Counted from the first letter of the stretch, positions 1-13,443 are shown. The stretch: 64,000 nt of DNA from Octopus vulgaris (GCA_951406725.2 OX597814.1:224316001-224380000), one strand, 5' to 3'. Translations and numbers: made by a program. The notes: generated from the letters alone by a model not told the origin.

Positions 1-84
1 GTCAAAAGTTTTTTTCGTATTTCAAGCTTTAATTGACTGCTCAAGCAAATTACACACGGAAAGCGTTTATTCTCAAAATATATT

Positions 85-560
85 CCATCATATTCTATTG
101 TCTGTTGCCATCATTTTGCCAGAAGCTCGGTTCCACGTTTGTACCATTTCTTTGGATTAGAGGCAAAAGCTCCCTGCATCCGTTTTCAATGTCGTCCACA
201 TAGTCCGTGGGAGAAATGAGCCATGACTTGGAAACGGTGGTAATCTGATGCTGCAAGGTCTGGACTGTAATAAGGGATAGGCAGCGCTTCCAGCCCCTCA
301 AGTTCCACAAGTCTGCGCTTGGTCACATGGCAGTGTGTGTTGGGGTATTGTTATGTTGTAAGATTGCACGTCTTGAATTAGCTAATGCCAGAGTAGCGTA
401 CTGTCCAAACATCGTATACTAGCTGCAATTGTTGAGCATAAAGGTTAGTGTTTACAGCAAGACAATCTGGGACACGCTCAAAGTGCAATACTTCCCTCAA
501 AATTCAGGCAGACACACAATACAACCCTTTGTTCAAGCCGCTTTTGTTTGACAACAGGAA
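85..560 (-). mobile_element. Decayed mariner transposase, C-terminal fragment
   Basis: Minus-strand translation across frameshifts gives LQHNNTPTH (cf. HDNARPH), YSPDLAASDYH (cf. YSPDLAPSDYH) and WYKRGTELLAK*WQQTIE (cf. mariner C-terminus). Confidence 0.75.
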
Positions 561-863
561 TAAACGGAATACTTTAACCTCTCATCTTCAAAACTGAACA
601 ACATGTATAGCTGAATTCGTAGATTAAATAACTTTTCTTTATTAACTAAATATATGAAAACACATTGGAGTATAAAAAAAGGCATTTCTACATAACAGCT
701 TTAAAATATGAAAATGAATTACCCAACTTCCTAAAATGTCCCAGAATTAATTATCTATTTCAATGAAACCAGACAATTCTTAAAAACTCACTTTTATGTC
801 TATCATGTTTAATATATGTTAAAAGTGTATAATTTTTTTGTTATCTTGTTTATAATTTTATAA

Positions 864-1274
864 CTCTATTACTCTATTACTCGTTTCAGTCATTTGACTG
901 CGGCCATGCTGGAGCACCGCCTTTAGTCGAGCAAATTGACCCCGGGACTTATTCTTTGTAAGCCCAGTACTTATTCTATCGGTCTCTTTTGCCGAACCGC
1001 TAAGTTACGGGGACGTAGACACACCAGCAACGGTTGTCAAGCAATGCTAGGGGGACAAACACAGACACACAAACATAGACACACACACACACACATATAT
1101 ATGCATATATACGACAGGCTTCTTTCAGTTTCCGTCTACCAAATCCACTCACAAGGCATTGGTCGACCCGAGGCTATAGCAGAAGACACTTGCCCAAGAT
1201 GCCACGCAGTAGGACTGAACCCAGAACCATGTGGTTGGTAAGCAAGCTACTTACCACACAGCCACTCCTGCGCC
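864..1274 (-). mobile_element. tRNA-derived SINE, family A (near full length)
   Basis: Head GGCGCAGGAGTGGCTGTGTGG (A box) and GGTTCAGTCC (B-box-like), an internal TA/TG microsatellite and a short tandem tail. Homologous to copies at 15031, 43436, 47433 and 56189. Confidence 0.9.
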
Positions 1275-2399
1275 TTATAAGTTTTATAATTTTATTTTCT
1301 TGTTGAATCCCGTTTATCTGCCCACGACAGCTTCTTTTCAGTTTGACTGCAATCATTTTCTCTACCTCCACCCCCAGAATGGAACAATAGTTTAGCTGAA
1401 GGCATTCAGCAAGCAGTGCAGGTGATAATTCCTGAAATGCTTCAAAATGTTTCGCAACGTTAAGCAAAGATTTGAAATTTGCAAGGATTTTTGATAAAGT
1501 TTTGACGTTAAATTTATAAATCTATTTCTTTTGATATCAAAATTAAGTAATAAGCATAAAATTCTGTCAGTTTTTTTTCTTTAATTCGCCCGATTTCATT
1601 GAAGCAGATAGTCAATTCTGGAAAATCCTGTACAGTAAAAAGAGTAAAGAAAACTGGAAAATGAATATGTGTAGATACTCCTATGTCACCGTGTCATTGT
1701 GTTTTATAACGAGTTTGAAAGAATTTCCCAACTCTGCAAAGTGAAGCATGCGTCAATCAACGAAACATTTTTTTAAATGTCTAACGAGCAGCTAAGTTTC
1801 ATTATGTTGAGAGAAATATGTGATAAAATCTAAACGTGACATCTCATAGTTATCATTCACACATAGTTAGACGTTGATGTCAACTTCTCGATTCTGCTGT
1901 TTATAATTAATTGGTTTTGTTTTCTTTTTATATATAGCACTGTAAAAGAATTTCAAAACGAAGTCTGTTAACACAACTATAACAACAAGAACAACGATGA
2001 CGACGACGATGTCAATGATAACAACAACAATTACTTCTGCTATTACTGCTACTGCTGCTGCTGTTGTTGTTGTCGCTATTACTGTCGCCTTCTTCTTCTT
2101 CTTCTTCTTCCAATTAGGAAACACTCCATTAGCCACAAAGAATGATCTCTAATTCGAGCCTACTCTAAGCTACTAAGAATGCGTGTGGCAACTTGAAGAA
2201 CCACCCACCACACGCGATAGACTGGCGGCAGTTGCACGGGCATGAAAACTACGTTGTTATCCTCATTCCGTAAACGGTGGCTTTTAACGGGTGGAGAGCT
2301 GAACCATCCTGGGGTACAGAGGATTCGCAATCTAGACTAGGGTCTGAAAGTTTACCACACCATAGTGGGTTACACCATGGTTCTTCTGCTTTGTGGCAG

Positions 2400-2577
2400 A
2401 AGTAAGAAGAAAGAGTGAGAGAAAGTTGTGGTGAAAGAGTACAGCGGGGTCCCCCCCCCCCCGTGGAGCTTAGGTGCTTTTGCTCAATAAACTCTCACAA
2501 TGTCCGGTCTGGGAATCGAAACCGTGTTCTTACGACCGCGAGTCCGCTTCCCTAACCACTGGGCCATTGTACTTCCA
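2400..2577 (-). mobile_element. tRNA-derived SINE, family C (partial)
   Basis: Reverse complement reads TGGCCCAGTGGTTAGGGAAGCGGACTCGCGGTCG..GTTTCGATTCCCAGACCGG, matching the copies at 11861 and 58901. Confidence 0.85.
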
Positions 2578-3239
2578 CACTGTTGTTGTTGTCGCTATTG
2601 CTGTTGTTTCTGGTGTTGCTGCTGCTGCTGAATTCTGACATTGGCTGAAGACCAGTCTTCCTTTTCTCGAAGGTTCTCGTCGTTTTATAATCAATTCTAC
2701 AACATTACAGGTATTTGTCCTTAGCAGTGAATAAAGTTACTTTGCGTAAAAAAAAAAAAAATGCCACAACTTCGGCCAGGAATAAAAGTCACTGAAAAGA
2801 ATACCATTTCCTTTTATTACCATGAATAATAGTTAATGCAATTAAAAATAGAGTATAATTAATGACACGTAAGTAATTCTATATGATTTGTATACAAGGG
2901 CAACATAGTTTATATTATGAAATTATATGTGTGTGAAAAGTATCTTAAACACAGCAATGATGAAGAATGAAATCAGTGGAATATTTCCTGCAACGTTTTT
3001 TTTTTCTCTTGAATGTATTTTATTAGTCCCTGAAAGATGAAAAACAAGGATAACCACTTGTGGGATTAGAACTGAGAATGCGAATAGCTTAATGTTTTAT
3101 TTCCGTAGTTAGCTTTACAACAGATCGCATTATGACATTTAAACATTTAAAAACAAAGAAACAGTAAAAAAAAAGATAAAAAAGGAAATGAAAGATAAGT
3201 GAGAAAAGCAGCAGAAGATGGAGGGGAGGAGGCTGACGG

Positions 3240-3610
3240 GCCACACACAAATGGTGTGCTCAGTCGCGTTCCGTGGTAATGACCACAGTGGCGTTGTCGC
3301 GGAGAATGGCCAGTGACATTCGCTGCAACAGCTATTCCACCTCGCGGGGTTCATTTCTTAGACTAGCTGGTGTTATCCCGATTTTGCGGGGGCCGAGAAC
3401 ACCTGACGTCTCCTCCGCATTATGGGCGGCAGCACCTGGGTTTGCAGCCGGTGCAGCAGCCGTTCAAGAATTTGGACCTGGAGATCTCCATTTCCAGCGA
3501 CTTCAAGGGCCACCTCCCAGTGGTGTCGGGCGTCAACGAAGAGCCCTCGTTTACAACAAGACGACCAAAGTTTTTTTTTCCAAGGTCTGGGGTCTCCCAC
3601 CTCTAAGCAC
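3240..3610 (-). mobile_element. CRE-clade-like non-LTR retrotransposon, 3' (RLE) remnant
   Basis: Translation EPREVE*LLQRMSLAILRDNATVV resembles the CRE C-terminal motif (PRE..WL.QR.SLAI.RGNA). The segment is a GC-rich island. Confidence 0.6.
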
Positions 3611-3719
3611 TAGACCATCACCTAATCACCCTTACTCGTCTTGTTGCTTAACAACAACAACAGCCAGTGCATCATGGTTACAGCCGAATGTGAAGAGGGT
3701 TATTCTGTTGGGGCGCTTA

Positions 3720-3960
3720 CCGTCTTTGCAGTCGAGACCTACTGGCATTTTGCTGAACTGATCTACAATGTCAGTTATGACGGCGCCGGCTGGCAACAGT
3801 CTACACTACCCGTTAGATTCGGTGGCACTGGTCTCCGTTCCACATTGTGCCAGGCTTTGAAGGCCTAAATTCCCCCGCTCCCCTCCACTTGCACCCTTAT
3901 CAGCGAGTTACTCTACCGTTTGATCGAACTAGATTAGGCTGAGGAACTGGAGTCAGATTG
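3720..3960 (+). mobile_element. CRE/RLE-type LINE fragment (post-RT region), inverted relative to 3240-3610
   Basis: WQQSTLPVRFGGTGLRS resembles the conserved W.QA.LP...GGLG.R motif. Confidence 0.55.
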
Positions 3961-4559
3961 GACCTATAGTAGAAAATGTATTACTAATATTGTGGCGTTG
4001 AAATTACATCATTGCCCAGACTTGTGAGTAGCTTACTTTTGGCTCCACAGCATTTACTTACTCTATGTATTATATGACATGATGATGAAGTGAAACAGAC
4101 GTTTAAAATGTTTTAAGGTTTAGGTTTAAATATTTCTTTTATAAGGTCACACTGACTAATTTACTCTACTGAAATGTAGGGGAGTATTTTAAGACAGACA
4201 TATATCTGTTTCAGTTTTTTAAACAATATAAAAAGGTCAGTCACTGCGACTACATTTTTGAAAAATGAATAACTCATTGTTATTTGTTATCATTATCAAT
4301 ATTTCTTTGCTAAGGCTTTGGAGTGTCCAGACGGTGAAATGGCAAACAAAATACATTGTAATATTGAATTACTTTACCGCTTTGTTTCCTTCCGGTCTAT
4401 CGATTCCACCCACACAAACATGTTTATCCTTGTTCTTTAGTTACAAAATTTCCCCATTCATTTTTTTCTTTTTTATTTTGTATCCTGAAATTGTGAAACC
4501 GCAAAATCTGTAGAATGCCGGACGAAATGAGAATTTTAGTTGAATTCATATCATGCTTA

Positions 4560-5090
4560 GGTGTTTTGACAGTCGACTGTATTGTTTCTTTCTCTCCCTT
4601 TTTGTCTCACAATGTTCTCGATGGTATCTCTCTGCAGATCTTGACGAATATTGAAACTCCACGTTGTTTTGTAATGAGCAAAAGCTTACCAGTTGTTCAG
4701 GAAATCATTGAAGCACTCCAGCTCCTCTTCTTTTGCTTCAAGCGTTGGTTGACCTCTAATCAAAGAACGTGTTCTGCTCACATAAAGCAGTTCATTGCAC
4801 TGGTAGCTTCGATGATGTTATTTTATTTATTATTTTTTTTTTAGCTTCTTCGAGGACGCTAGTGTTACTTATGTAGGCCTTTCATCTGATCTCGAAGATG
4901 CTACGTAGGTAATGCCGCTGGAAACATTGTGATTGGAACTGAACGAAGTTAACAGCCCTACGAATAGTCAACGATGGATAATTTGATCGAATTGCAGGAC
5001 GATGGAAATGATGAGTGAAAATGGAAGAGGAGAGTAGTTTAATTGTTGTTTCAATATGTGTCAATATGGTGTATAACACACTTGATTCAC
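4560..5090 (-). mobile_element. RTE-clade LINE remnant
   Basis: QCFQRHYLRSIFEIR*KAYISNTSVLEEA ... IEA......M*AEHVL*LEVNQRLKQ resembles RTE FHQRCLR.IL.I.W...SN..VL and RWAGHV.RM...RLPKQ. Confidence 0.65.
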
Positions 5091-5200
5091 CGCTATCTCA
5101 TACACATGCACATGTATGGTCGTATTCACTTGTCTTTGTAATTAATTTGGTAACATATTGTTGCACGAATCAATAGGATCTAAGGAAAATAATAATAATG

Positions 5201-5328
5201 TTATTATTATTATTATTATAACTATTCTTCTTCTTCTTCTTCTTCTTCTTCTTCTTCTTCTTCTTCTTCTTCTTCTTCTTCTTCTTCTTCTTCTTCTTCT
5301 TCTTCTTCTTCTTCTTCTTCTTCTTCTT

Positions 5329-5415
<87 letters not shown>
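5201..5415. repeat. Compound (ATT)n/(CTT)n/(ATT)n microsatellite
   Basis: Read directly from the sequence. Confidence 0.95.
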
Positions 5416-5418
<3 letters not shown>

Positions 5419-6730
5419 TAGTTTTATTTTTATTTTTATAGCGTGCTTTCACTTCACTACCGAGCGCAGCTCTGTGTGCGTTGGGTATGTGCTGTGATTT
5501 GTTGTGATGCTCTGATGGTTATTGTATGGAAAGTGTTCTGCGTAGGATGTGTGCAGTGCTTAGTAGTGCAATTTTCTTTATGTTATATGTGTTTGTAAGT
5601 CCTGGTGTTTTTGTTATGTATTTGTCTGAATATTTTTTTATCATGCCTAATGCACCTACTATGATAGGAATTGTTTCTGTTTTCAGATTCCACATTCTAG
5701 TTACCTCTATTTCCAGGTCTTTGCATTTTGAGAGTTTCTCCATTTCTTTTAGAGACACGTTGTCATCTGCCGGTATTGATACATCAATTAGAAAGCATTT
5801 TTTTCTTCATGATCTCTGACAACTATATCTGGTCTGTTGGCCTTAATTTCTCTATCTGTGTGTATCGGCATATCCCAGCGTATGGTTGCTTTCTCGTTTT
5901 CTGTGACCTTTTCTGGTGTGTGCCTATACCATCTTTTTTCTGTTGTTATTCCATAATGTTGGCATAGCTTCCAATGTATGTAGGTTCCAACTCTGTCATG
6001 TCTGTGAATATATTCCTTCTTAGCCAGGACTGGGCAGCTAGAGATAATATGATTTATTGTTTCTTGTCCATCTCCACATATTCTGCAGTTACTTGTAATA
6101 TTTCTTTTCATTACATGTTTTTGGTAATTTCTGGTGGGGAGGCTTTGGTCTTGTGCTGCAATTAAAAATCCCTCTGTTTCTGCTTTGAGTCCTGAGTTTC
6201 TCAACCATTGCTGGGATTTTTCTTTGTCTATTTCTTTTGCGTTTAGTTTAGTCCAGTATTTACCATGAAGGGGCTTTTCTTGCCATCGTTTTATCATGGT
6301 TCGTTGCTGTTCTATTTTTAGTTTGGATTTCATTTGTTTTATAGCTTTTGTTGTTTCTTCATCTTCTTCTTCTTCTTCCTCTTCTTCTTCATGTTTATTA
6401 GGTGGTATGATTTCTTGTTTGTATTTGTCAATTTCCTTAAATACTGAGAACAGTTTTTTGTTTTGCTCGTGTTTTGCTGCTATCTGGATCAGTTTTCCTT
6501 CCTTCTGAAGTAGATATTTTTGCAGTCCTATGGTGGTTATTTTATAGTAGTTTTCCAGCTGTATAAGGCCTCTACCACCTTCTATACGTTGTATATATAG
6601 TCTTTCTACGTCAGATTTTGGGTGATGCATCCTAGATCCTGTCATTATTTTTCTTGTTTTCCTATCTATTTTGGACAGTTCATTTCGTGTCCAGTTAAGG
6701 ATATTGTAGCTGTAACTTATAACTGGGACA

Positions 6731-6731
<1 letters not shown>
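5416..6731 (-). mobile_element. R4-clade (Dong/Rex6-like) LINE, 5'-truncated, inserted in (TAA)n
   Basis: ORFs 5788-6645 and 5519-5758 contain HPKSDVERLY..GGRGL, AAQDQSLPTRNY, a CCHC finger (CRICG..ETINHIISSC), RHD, and the RLE motifs RPDIVV/IDVSIP/EKLSK. A 1-bp frameshift lies in an A run near 5800. (ATT)n flanks both ends. Confidence 0.9.
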
Positions 6732-6770
<39 letters not shown>

Positions 6771-7327
6771 GTGAGTCAGAGAGCAGGGCATGCCATCAAA
6801 GTGACACTGGGGTGAAATATACGAAGCCCAGTATACCCATCATGTCTACCCGTATGATAAGGGTACACTAGGCACATGCATCACAACCATATGTGCGCGA
6901 CACGGTGATCTCATATCAAGATAAACAGCACATGACCTTGCAGGTGGGGCCCAGTTAAAATTTTCTTCTGGTCGAGTAACCCATCCCGCTCAAAAGGTCC
7001 CTGAATAAGAATTGTTTAAGGATGTTGAACGAAACACCCATGTTTCCAGAGGTGAATTATTCAAACCCCAAAGAATCCCTCTCAACACACGGCTATGATG
7101 CTCCCCCACTACTTCTGTTCGTGATCAGAGATGCACATATCGTCAGCCACTAAGGGACACGGTCAACTGGTTAAGGTCAAACAACTGACAAGCAAATCTG
7201 TGGTATTGAGCAGAATATTTGCTGTAGCCCATCTTTTATACCAAGACAAAACAGTGTACATGATAACGCTTCAAATCAGTTAAGATCAGCAGCCATGAGA
7301 GCCACTGCCTGGTACTGCATCAGGGCA
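6771..7327 (-). mobile_element. Non-coding ~560 bp interspersed repeat, family D, embedded in (TAA)n
   Basis: Homologous to 15930-16398, 19148-19375 and 20128-20653. (ATT)n on both sides. Confidence 0.85.
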
Positions 7328-7385
<58 letters not shown>

Positions 7386-7499
7386 GCATCTGCCTTTCAT
7401 CCTTTTGGAGTCGATAAAATAAGTACCAGTTGAACACTGGGGTCGATGTAATCGACTCATCCCCTTCCTCAAAATGGCTGCCATTGTGGCAAAATTTAA

Positions 7500-7555
<56 letters not shown>

Positions 7556-7563
7556 TATCATCC

Positions 7564-7654
<91 letters not shown>

Positions 7655-8361
7655 GGGCGTTTAAATTGCTGGAATTTTAACGAGTTCACCACTTCAAGGA
7701 AACAACGAAAAATTCCTGTAGGAATTCAAGGGGATACAACCCCGAAATTAATATATGATTTTCTTTGACGTCATATTATTATTACTTTTATCTTGGGAAA
7801 TACAAATGGCAGTTTAGAGATGTCACGTTTAGTTCCCTTATTTTGTTTCATTGTAAGTCTGTGTACTTGGAGAAATGTGTTTGTATGCGTGAAGGTCTAT
7901 CTGAGGAAAATCCTGTTCTGTTTTTTAATGTTGGTATTATATTGAGTATATAAACCAATGAACTGGCAGAATCATTAGCGTGTCGGGTGAAATGCCGAAC
8001 GGTCATTTTATTTTTTGTCTCTTTACGTTTTGAGTTCAAATTCTACCAGGGTCAAGTCTTCCATTTATCTTTTGGGAGTCGAAAGAGTGAGAGGTGTTAA
8101 TCAAGTACTGCGTTCAATGGTAGCACAGTTTGTTGTTCGTTGCACTCACCTATTTCCAGTCAGTGTTAATAAGCAGATGCAATGGTTTGACATCTTACTC
8201 TTATCTTTTGTCACTTAGCAGAGGGTTTAAACAATTTTCCTTTCAGACGCTCTTTATAGTTTTACTTACAAATATTGTAATCTCCGTTTCACTTTGTCAT
8301 TATAACAATCTGTCCATCCATCTCTCTGTCTCTATGTTTCCCACCTCTGTCTGTGTGCGCA

Positions 8362-8412
8362 CGCACACACACACAACAACAACTACTACTACCAACTCTA
8401 CTACTACTAACT

Positions 8413-8444
<32 letters not shown>

Positions 8445-8472
8445 GCTACTACTACTACTGCTGCTGCTGCTG

Positions 8473-8543
<71 letters not shown>

Positions 8544-8581
8544 ACTACTACTGCTACTACTACTACTACTACTACTACTAC
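8362..8581. repeat. (CTA)n/(CTG)n compound microsatellite
   Basis: Read directly; it explains the poly-T/S/L/V ORFs here. Confidence 0.95.
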
Positions 8582-9118
8582 ATGCACAGCCCAAGTCACA
8601 CTTTCACTAGAATTCCAAGATAATAAATTCAGTGTTGAAACCTCTCGATTTCTGGTTTCTACGAAATTTGAGAATGGTCTTGCTTCCCTTTCGCAAAAGG
8701 AGTTTTCCAGTGGAAGAAAGAAAGAAGAAAAAATAGAAAGATAAAAAGAAGAATAAAAAACAACAAACGACAGACTCTTATCAGACAAACAGCAACACAA
8801 ACACGAATCCACCACAAAATGTTATAAATAAAGAAAAGATATGATTTCAATGGAATCATTTTGACCAAGAATATTTCACCTGGAATGATTAAAGTTCATC
8901 TGTAAGAAACGAACGAACTTCTCGCAGGGAATAAAGTTCCGACCAGGTAAATAAATAATATTGTCGTGACAATAATTATTTTAAAAAACTATGAATAAAG
9001 AATGTCAGCAGAATACTATAAAATTCAAAGAAAATATTACAAAAGTGATTTGAAACAAAGTACAAAGTAATAAGATGAAATGAAACTGATTTAACAAAGA
9101 TGTTACAATATGGTTACT

Positions 9119-9684
9119 CGGTAAGGGCGGCGAGCTGGCAGAAAGGTTAGCACGCCGGGCGAAATGCGTAGCCGTATTTCGTCTGCCGTTACGTTCTGAG
9201 TTCAAATTCCGCCGATGTCAATTTTGCCGTTCATCCTTTCGGGGTCGATATAATTACGCACTGGGGTCGATATAATCGACTTAATTCGTTTGTCTGTCCT
9301 TGCTTGTCCTCTCTGTGGGTAGTAAAGAAATAAATATTTCGTCTGCCGCTACGTTCTGAGTTCAAATTCTGCCAAGGTCGACTTTGCTTTTCATCCTTTC
9401 GGGGGCGATTAAATAAATACCAGTTACGCACTGGGGTCGATGTAATCGACTTAATCCGTTTGTGTGTCCTTGTTTGTCCCCTCTGTATGTAGCCCCTTGT
9501 GGGCAGTAAAGAAATAGGTATTTCATCTGTCTTTTACGTTCTGAGTTCAAATTCCGCCGATGTTGACTTTGCCTTTCGTCCCTTTCGGGGTCGATAAATT
9601 AAGTATCAGTTACGTACTGAGGCCTATCTAATCGACTGGCACCCTACCCCCAAAATTTCGGGGGGGGGGGGCAGAGTAGAAAAG
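9119..9684 (+). mobile_element. SINE family B, triple tandem array inside a single 12-bp TSD
   Basis: Head GGCGGCGAGCTGGCAGAA..GAGTTCAAATTCC and core GCCTTTCATCCTTTCGGGGTCGATAAATTAAGTA. TSD AATATGGTTACT at 9107-9118 and 9685-9696. Confidence 0.9.
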
Positions 9685-9751
9685 AATATGGTTACTGAGC
9701 CTGTTAGAAATAGCCTTTTCTAGTTCTAATTATCATAATGTCATACATTCC

Positions 9752-10110
9752 ACTTTGAGCAAGTGTCTTCTACAGTAACACTGGGCTGTGCGCGGGTTGG
9801 TGAGCGGAAAGTGAAAGAAGCCCGTCATAAACATGTGTGTGTGTGTGTGTGCGTGCGTGTGCAACGCACGTACTGTGTGTGTGCGCGTGTGTAGATATCT
9901 ATGCCTGTGTGTCTTTGTGTTTGTATCTATCCTCTGTCATTGCTAGTAAACAGGTGCTGGCTTGTTGTTTATACACCCGTAACTTAGCAGCTTGGCCAAA
10001 GACTGACAGAATAAGAACCAGTTTTAAAGAAATAGTACTGGGATCGATTCATTTGGCTAAAACCCTTCAACGCGGTACTCCAGTTTGGCTGCAGTCCAAT
10101 GACTGAAATA
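9752..10110 (+). mobile_element. SINE family A, diverged and 5'-truncated
   Basis: GCAAGTGTCTTCTAC...AAAGAAGCCCGTC...CCCGTAACTTAGC...GCAGTCCAATGACTGAAA. Confidence 0.75.
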
Positions 10111-10132
10111 AGTAAAAAATAAATAAAACATA

Positions 10133-10206
<74 letters not shown>

Positions 10207-10210
<4 letters not shown>

Positions 10211-11757
10211 ATAAATATTAGGGAATAAATATTAGTTTAGTAAGTATGTATATGTATATGTGAGGGGGTATACGTATATGTTGTGTGTGTGTGTTTTACG
10301 TATGTATATTTGTGTGTGAATGTGTATGTGGGATTGCTATATAGGTGTAATTGTGTATGGTAGGGGGAGCTTTATCATTATATGTATGTGGGTTTCATTT
10401 ATCATGATGGTTTATTGGTGTTTTGTAGTAGATTTAAGTTGATTATATATTATTCCATTCATAATTTTAAAAAAAAACGTTCGATCACCACGTTATACAT
10501 ATGTTAGGTTCCTATGGTAACGTAATTTTGTTTGACGTTTTTAACGGCTAGAGTTTAATTTCACTTCATAATTTGAAACTGACTTGAAAGTATGTATATT
10601 TTTCTCCTTATGTTAATCTTGTTACTTATGATATTCTGGTTACTTATGAAGTATTTTATATATCGTATTATGTGTAGTAATGTTGTTTTTCTTTTGAGTG
10701 TTTATGTATGTGTGAATGTGTGTCTGTGTGCGTATTTTAGTTGTGTAATTTATTTATCTGTATGAGTGTGGGTGTGAAAATATTGTTGTATATATCGAGT
10801 TTAGTAAGTATGTATATGTATATGTGAGGGGGTATACGTATATGTTGTGTGTGTGTGTTTTACGTATGTATATTTGTGTGTGAATGTGTATGTGGGATTG
10901 CTATATAGGTGTAATTGTGTATGGTAGGGGGAGTTTTATCATTATATGTATGTGGGTTTCATTTATCATGATGGTTTATTGGTGTGTTTTAGTAGATTTA
11001 AGTTGATTATATATTATTCCATTCATAATTTAAAAAAAAAAAACGTTCGATCACCACGTGCAAAGAATTGTTTATTTTGCTTTTGAGTGTTTATGTATGT
11101 GTGAATGTGTGTGTGTGTGTGTGGGGGGATTATTTGCGTAATTTATTTATCTGTATAGATGTGGGTGTGAATATATTGGTGTATATATCGAGTTCTGTAT
11201 GTTTGTATATGTATCTGTGAGCGGGTATACGTATATTGTTTATGAATGTGGGTTGTATGTGTGTGTGAGGGAGTATGAATAAGTATTGTGTTGAAGTATT
11301 TGGCTATTTTATTTATTTATCGTTGCTTAGACGTTTTTATGTGTATGTATAGGGATATATATATAGGTGTGTGAGTTAGTGTATGTATTTAGATATGGTA
11401 ATATATAATTAGTTATATGTGTATGGGTGTATATATAGTTTATTTTTATTTTGTTTTATATTTAATTGTTGATAGGTTTATTTTAGTTTATATATTGATT
11501 ATATATGGATTATATATAGGTTATATATAGATTATATATTTATATTTTTTCATTGATAATTTAATTATTTTAAAATTATATTTTTATACTTATATTTTAA
11601 AATATTGATATTTTAGATCGGAAATCCACCTGAAGATTGTCGATCAAGACATGAAACAATTGTAGTGGCGGTTTTTTTATTTTTTATTAAAATTTTATGT
11701 ATTGATTAAGTCTTTCCTTGTTTGTTTTGCAAAATAGTGGTTTTGTCTCTAATTAAT
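10207..11757 (+). mobile_element. Non-coding, C-poor, internally duplicated element ending in a hammerhead (Penelope-like derivative), flanked by (TA)n
   Basis: Near-identical direct repeat at 10234-10493 and 10798-11059, a hammerhead at 11626-11668, and TA arrays on both sides. Confidence 0.6.
11626..11668 (+). ncRNA. Minimal type I hammerhead ribozyme (Penelope-type)
   Basis: CCAC-CTGAAGA-T-TGTC gatcaa GACA-T-GAAA-CAATTG-TA-GTGG: stem I CCAC/GTGG, canonical core, stem II, palindromic stem III and a GUA cleavage triplet. Confidence 0.75.
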
Positions 11758-11769
11758 ATATATATATAT

Positions 11770-11858
<89 letters not shown>

Positions 11859-11860
11859 AG

Positions 11861-12168
11861 TGGAGGCGCAATGGCCCAGTTAGAGCAGAAGACTCGCGGT
11901 CGGAGGATCGCGGTTTCGATTCCCAGACCGGGCGTTGTGTGTGTTTATTGAGCGAAAACACCTAAAAGCTCCATGAGACTCCAGCAAGGGGTGGTGGTGA
12001 TCCCCGTTGTACTCTTTCGCCACAACTTTCTCTCACTCTCTCTTCCTGTTTGTTGAGTAACGCTGCGATGGACTGGCATCCCGTCTAGCTGGGGTGAGGG
12101 AACACATACGCCGCAGAAACCGGGAAATCGAGCCCATGGGCCGGGCTAAGCTTGAAAAGGGCGACGTT
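11861..12168 (+). mobile_element. tRNA-derived SINE, family C (full length)
   Basis: GGAGGCGCAATGGCCCAGT..GGTTTCGATTCCCAG head and ...GAAAAGGGCGACGTTTA end. Reverse-complement match to 58901-59196. Confidence 0.9.
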
Positions 12169-13362
12169 TATCGTTATATGTAGATATGTAAGCGAAAATA
12201 AAGAGAATAGTCACTGTTGAACGGCTTTTATCATACGCTGACGCGCGATCACCTCCCCTCATAAGACTAAAATGATTCCTAATATAATCATAGGGTCTAA
12301 AATTTAAGGGCTGGACTTGATTGGTTAGATCAACACAATCAATTTTCTGGCATTTCGTTTTGTTTAATAATTCTTTGTAGCTGCAAATCAAATCACTCCT
12401 AAAGTTTTGAAGAGAATAACACATTGCATAATGTATTCCTAGGTACACTATGCTTGTAATATTTGAAAGGAAAAGACAATCGCGTATGTAATGCTTTTGA
12501 TCATGGGTTTTACTTGATTAGGGCAGATATATGATTATTAGATATTGAAAGAAGTCACTAGGATAAAACACGAAACCTCAGTGCGTGTGTATCTAAGTCT
12601 CCTTTCATTTGCACAAACACTAAACAACGGCTGATGTCAATAGAAAAGGCTACACCCGAAAGAATTTCTATAATAACTGAATATAACATTCAATGAACTC
12701 CTTTGGCTTATCGGGTTAAGAAGTATGTATTACGTAAATCTAATATTATTTCTATCTTTCTCTCTTTCTATCTCTAAAGATATCTATGACTTTATATATG
12801 TTACTTTACACTGATGATGCAAAATATGCGAAACAGATTGTCTTTTTTTTTTTAATACACACATATAAGAAGTATATGAAATAAATTAAATCTAACTGCA
12901 TAGATATAACGTTTTCTGTCACTTGCAAAATCTTTCTTGATTTTCTTCACTCGATTTTCTCTATTGCTCGGAAAATGGGTTACCTTATCAACGAAGCTTG
13001 TTCATAAGAAATATGATAATATTTTAACCTTCAGACGCAAGCCAGACTGGGTAGCTTCTACCACGCCCTCGTTGTTTTAGGTGCCTTTGTAGTGATAATC
13101 AGATATAGACATCCTCTTGACCTTCCAATACTTGATACAGCAGGACGTCAAGGTTACAACAAGTGCAGAGAAAATTGCAAGCGGAGTAACTTAAAGTGGA
13201 GTGTCTTCCAATAAGACACAAGGTACTCTCCGGTCCTAGAATGGCCCCCAAAACATTGCAGTTATAAGCCTAACAGCCGAGTCACTTGCCCACAAACCTT
13301 CGCCTGTATATATATATTCTTTTATTCTTTTACTTGTTTCAGTCATTTTGACAGCGGGCACG

Positions 13363-13363
<1 letters not shown>

Positions 13364-13443
<80 letters not shown>

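Noticed and set aside
12811-12842. CTGATGA-TGCA..TGC-GAAAC..GTC hammerhead-like motif
   Set aside because: Stem I cannot pair; at best a decayed remnant.
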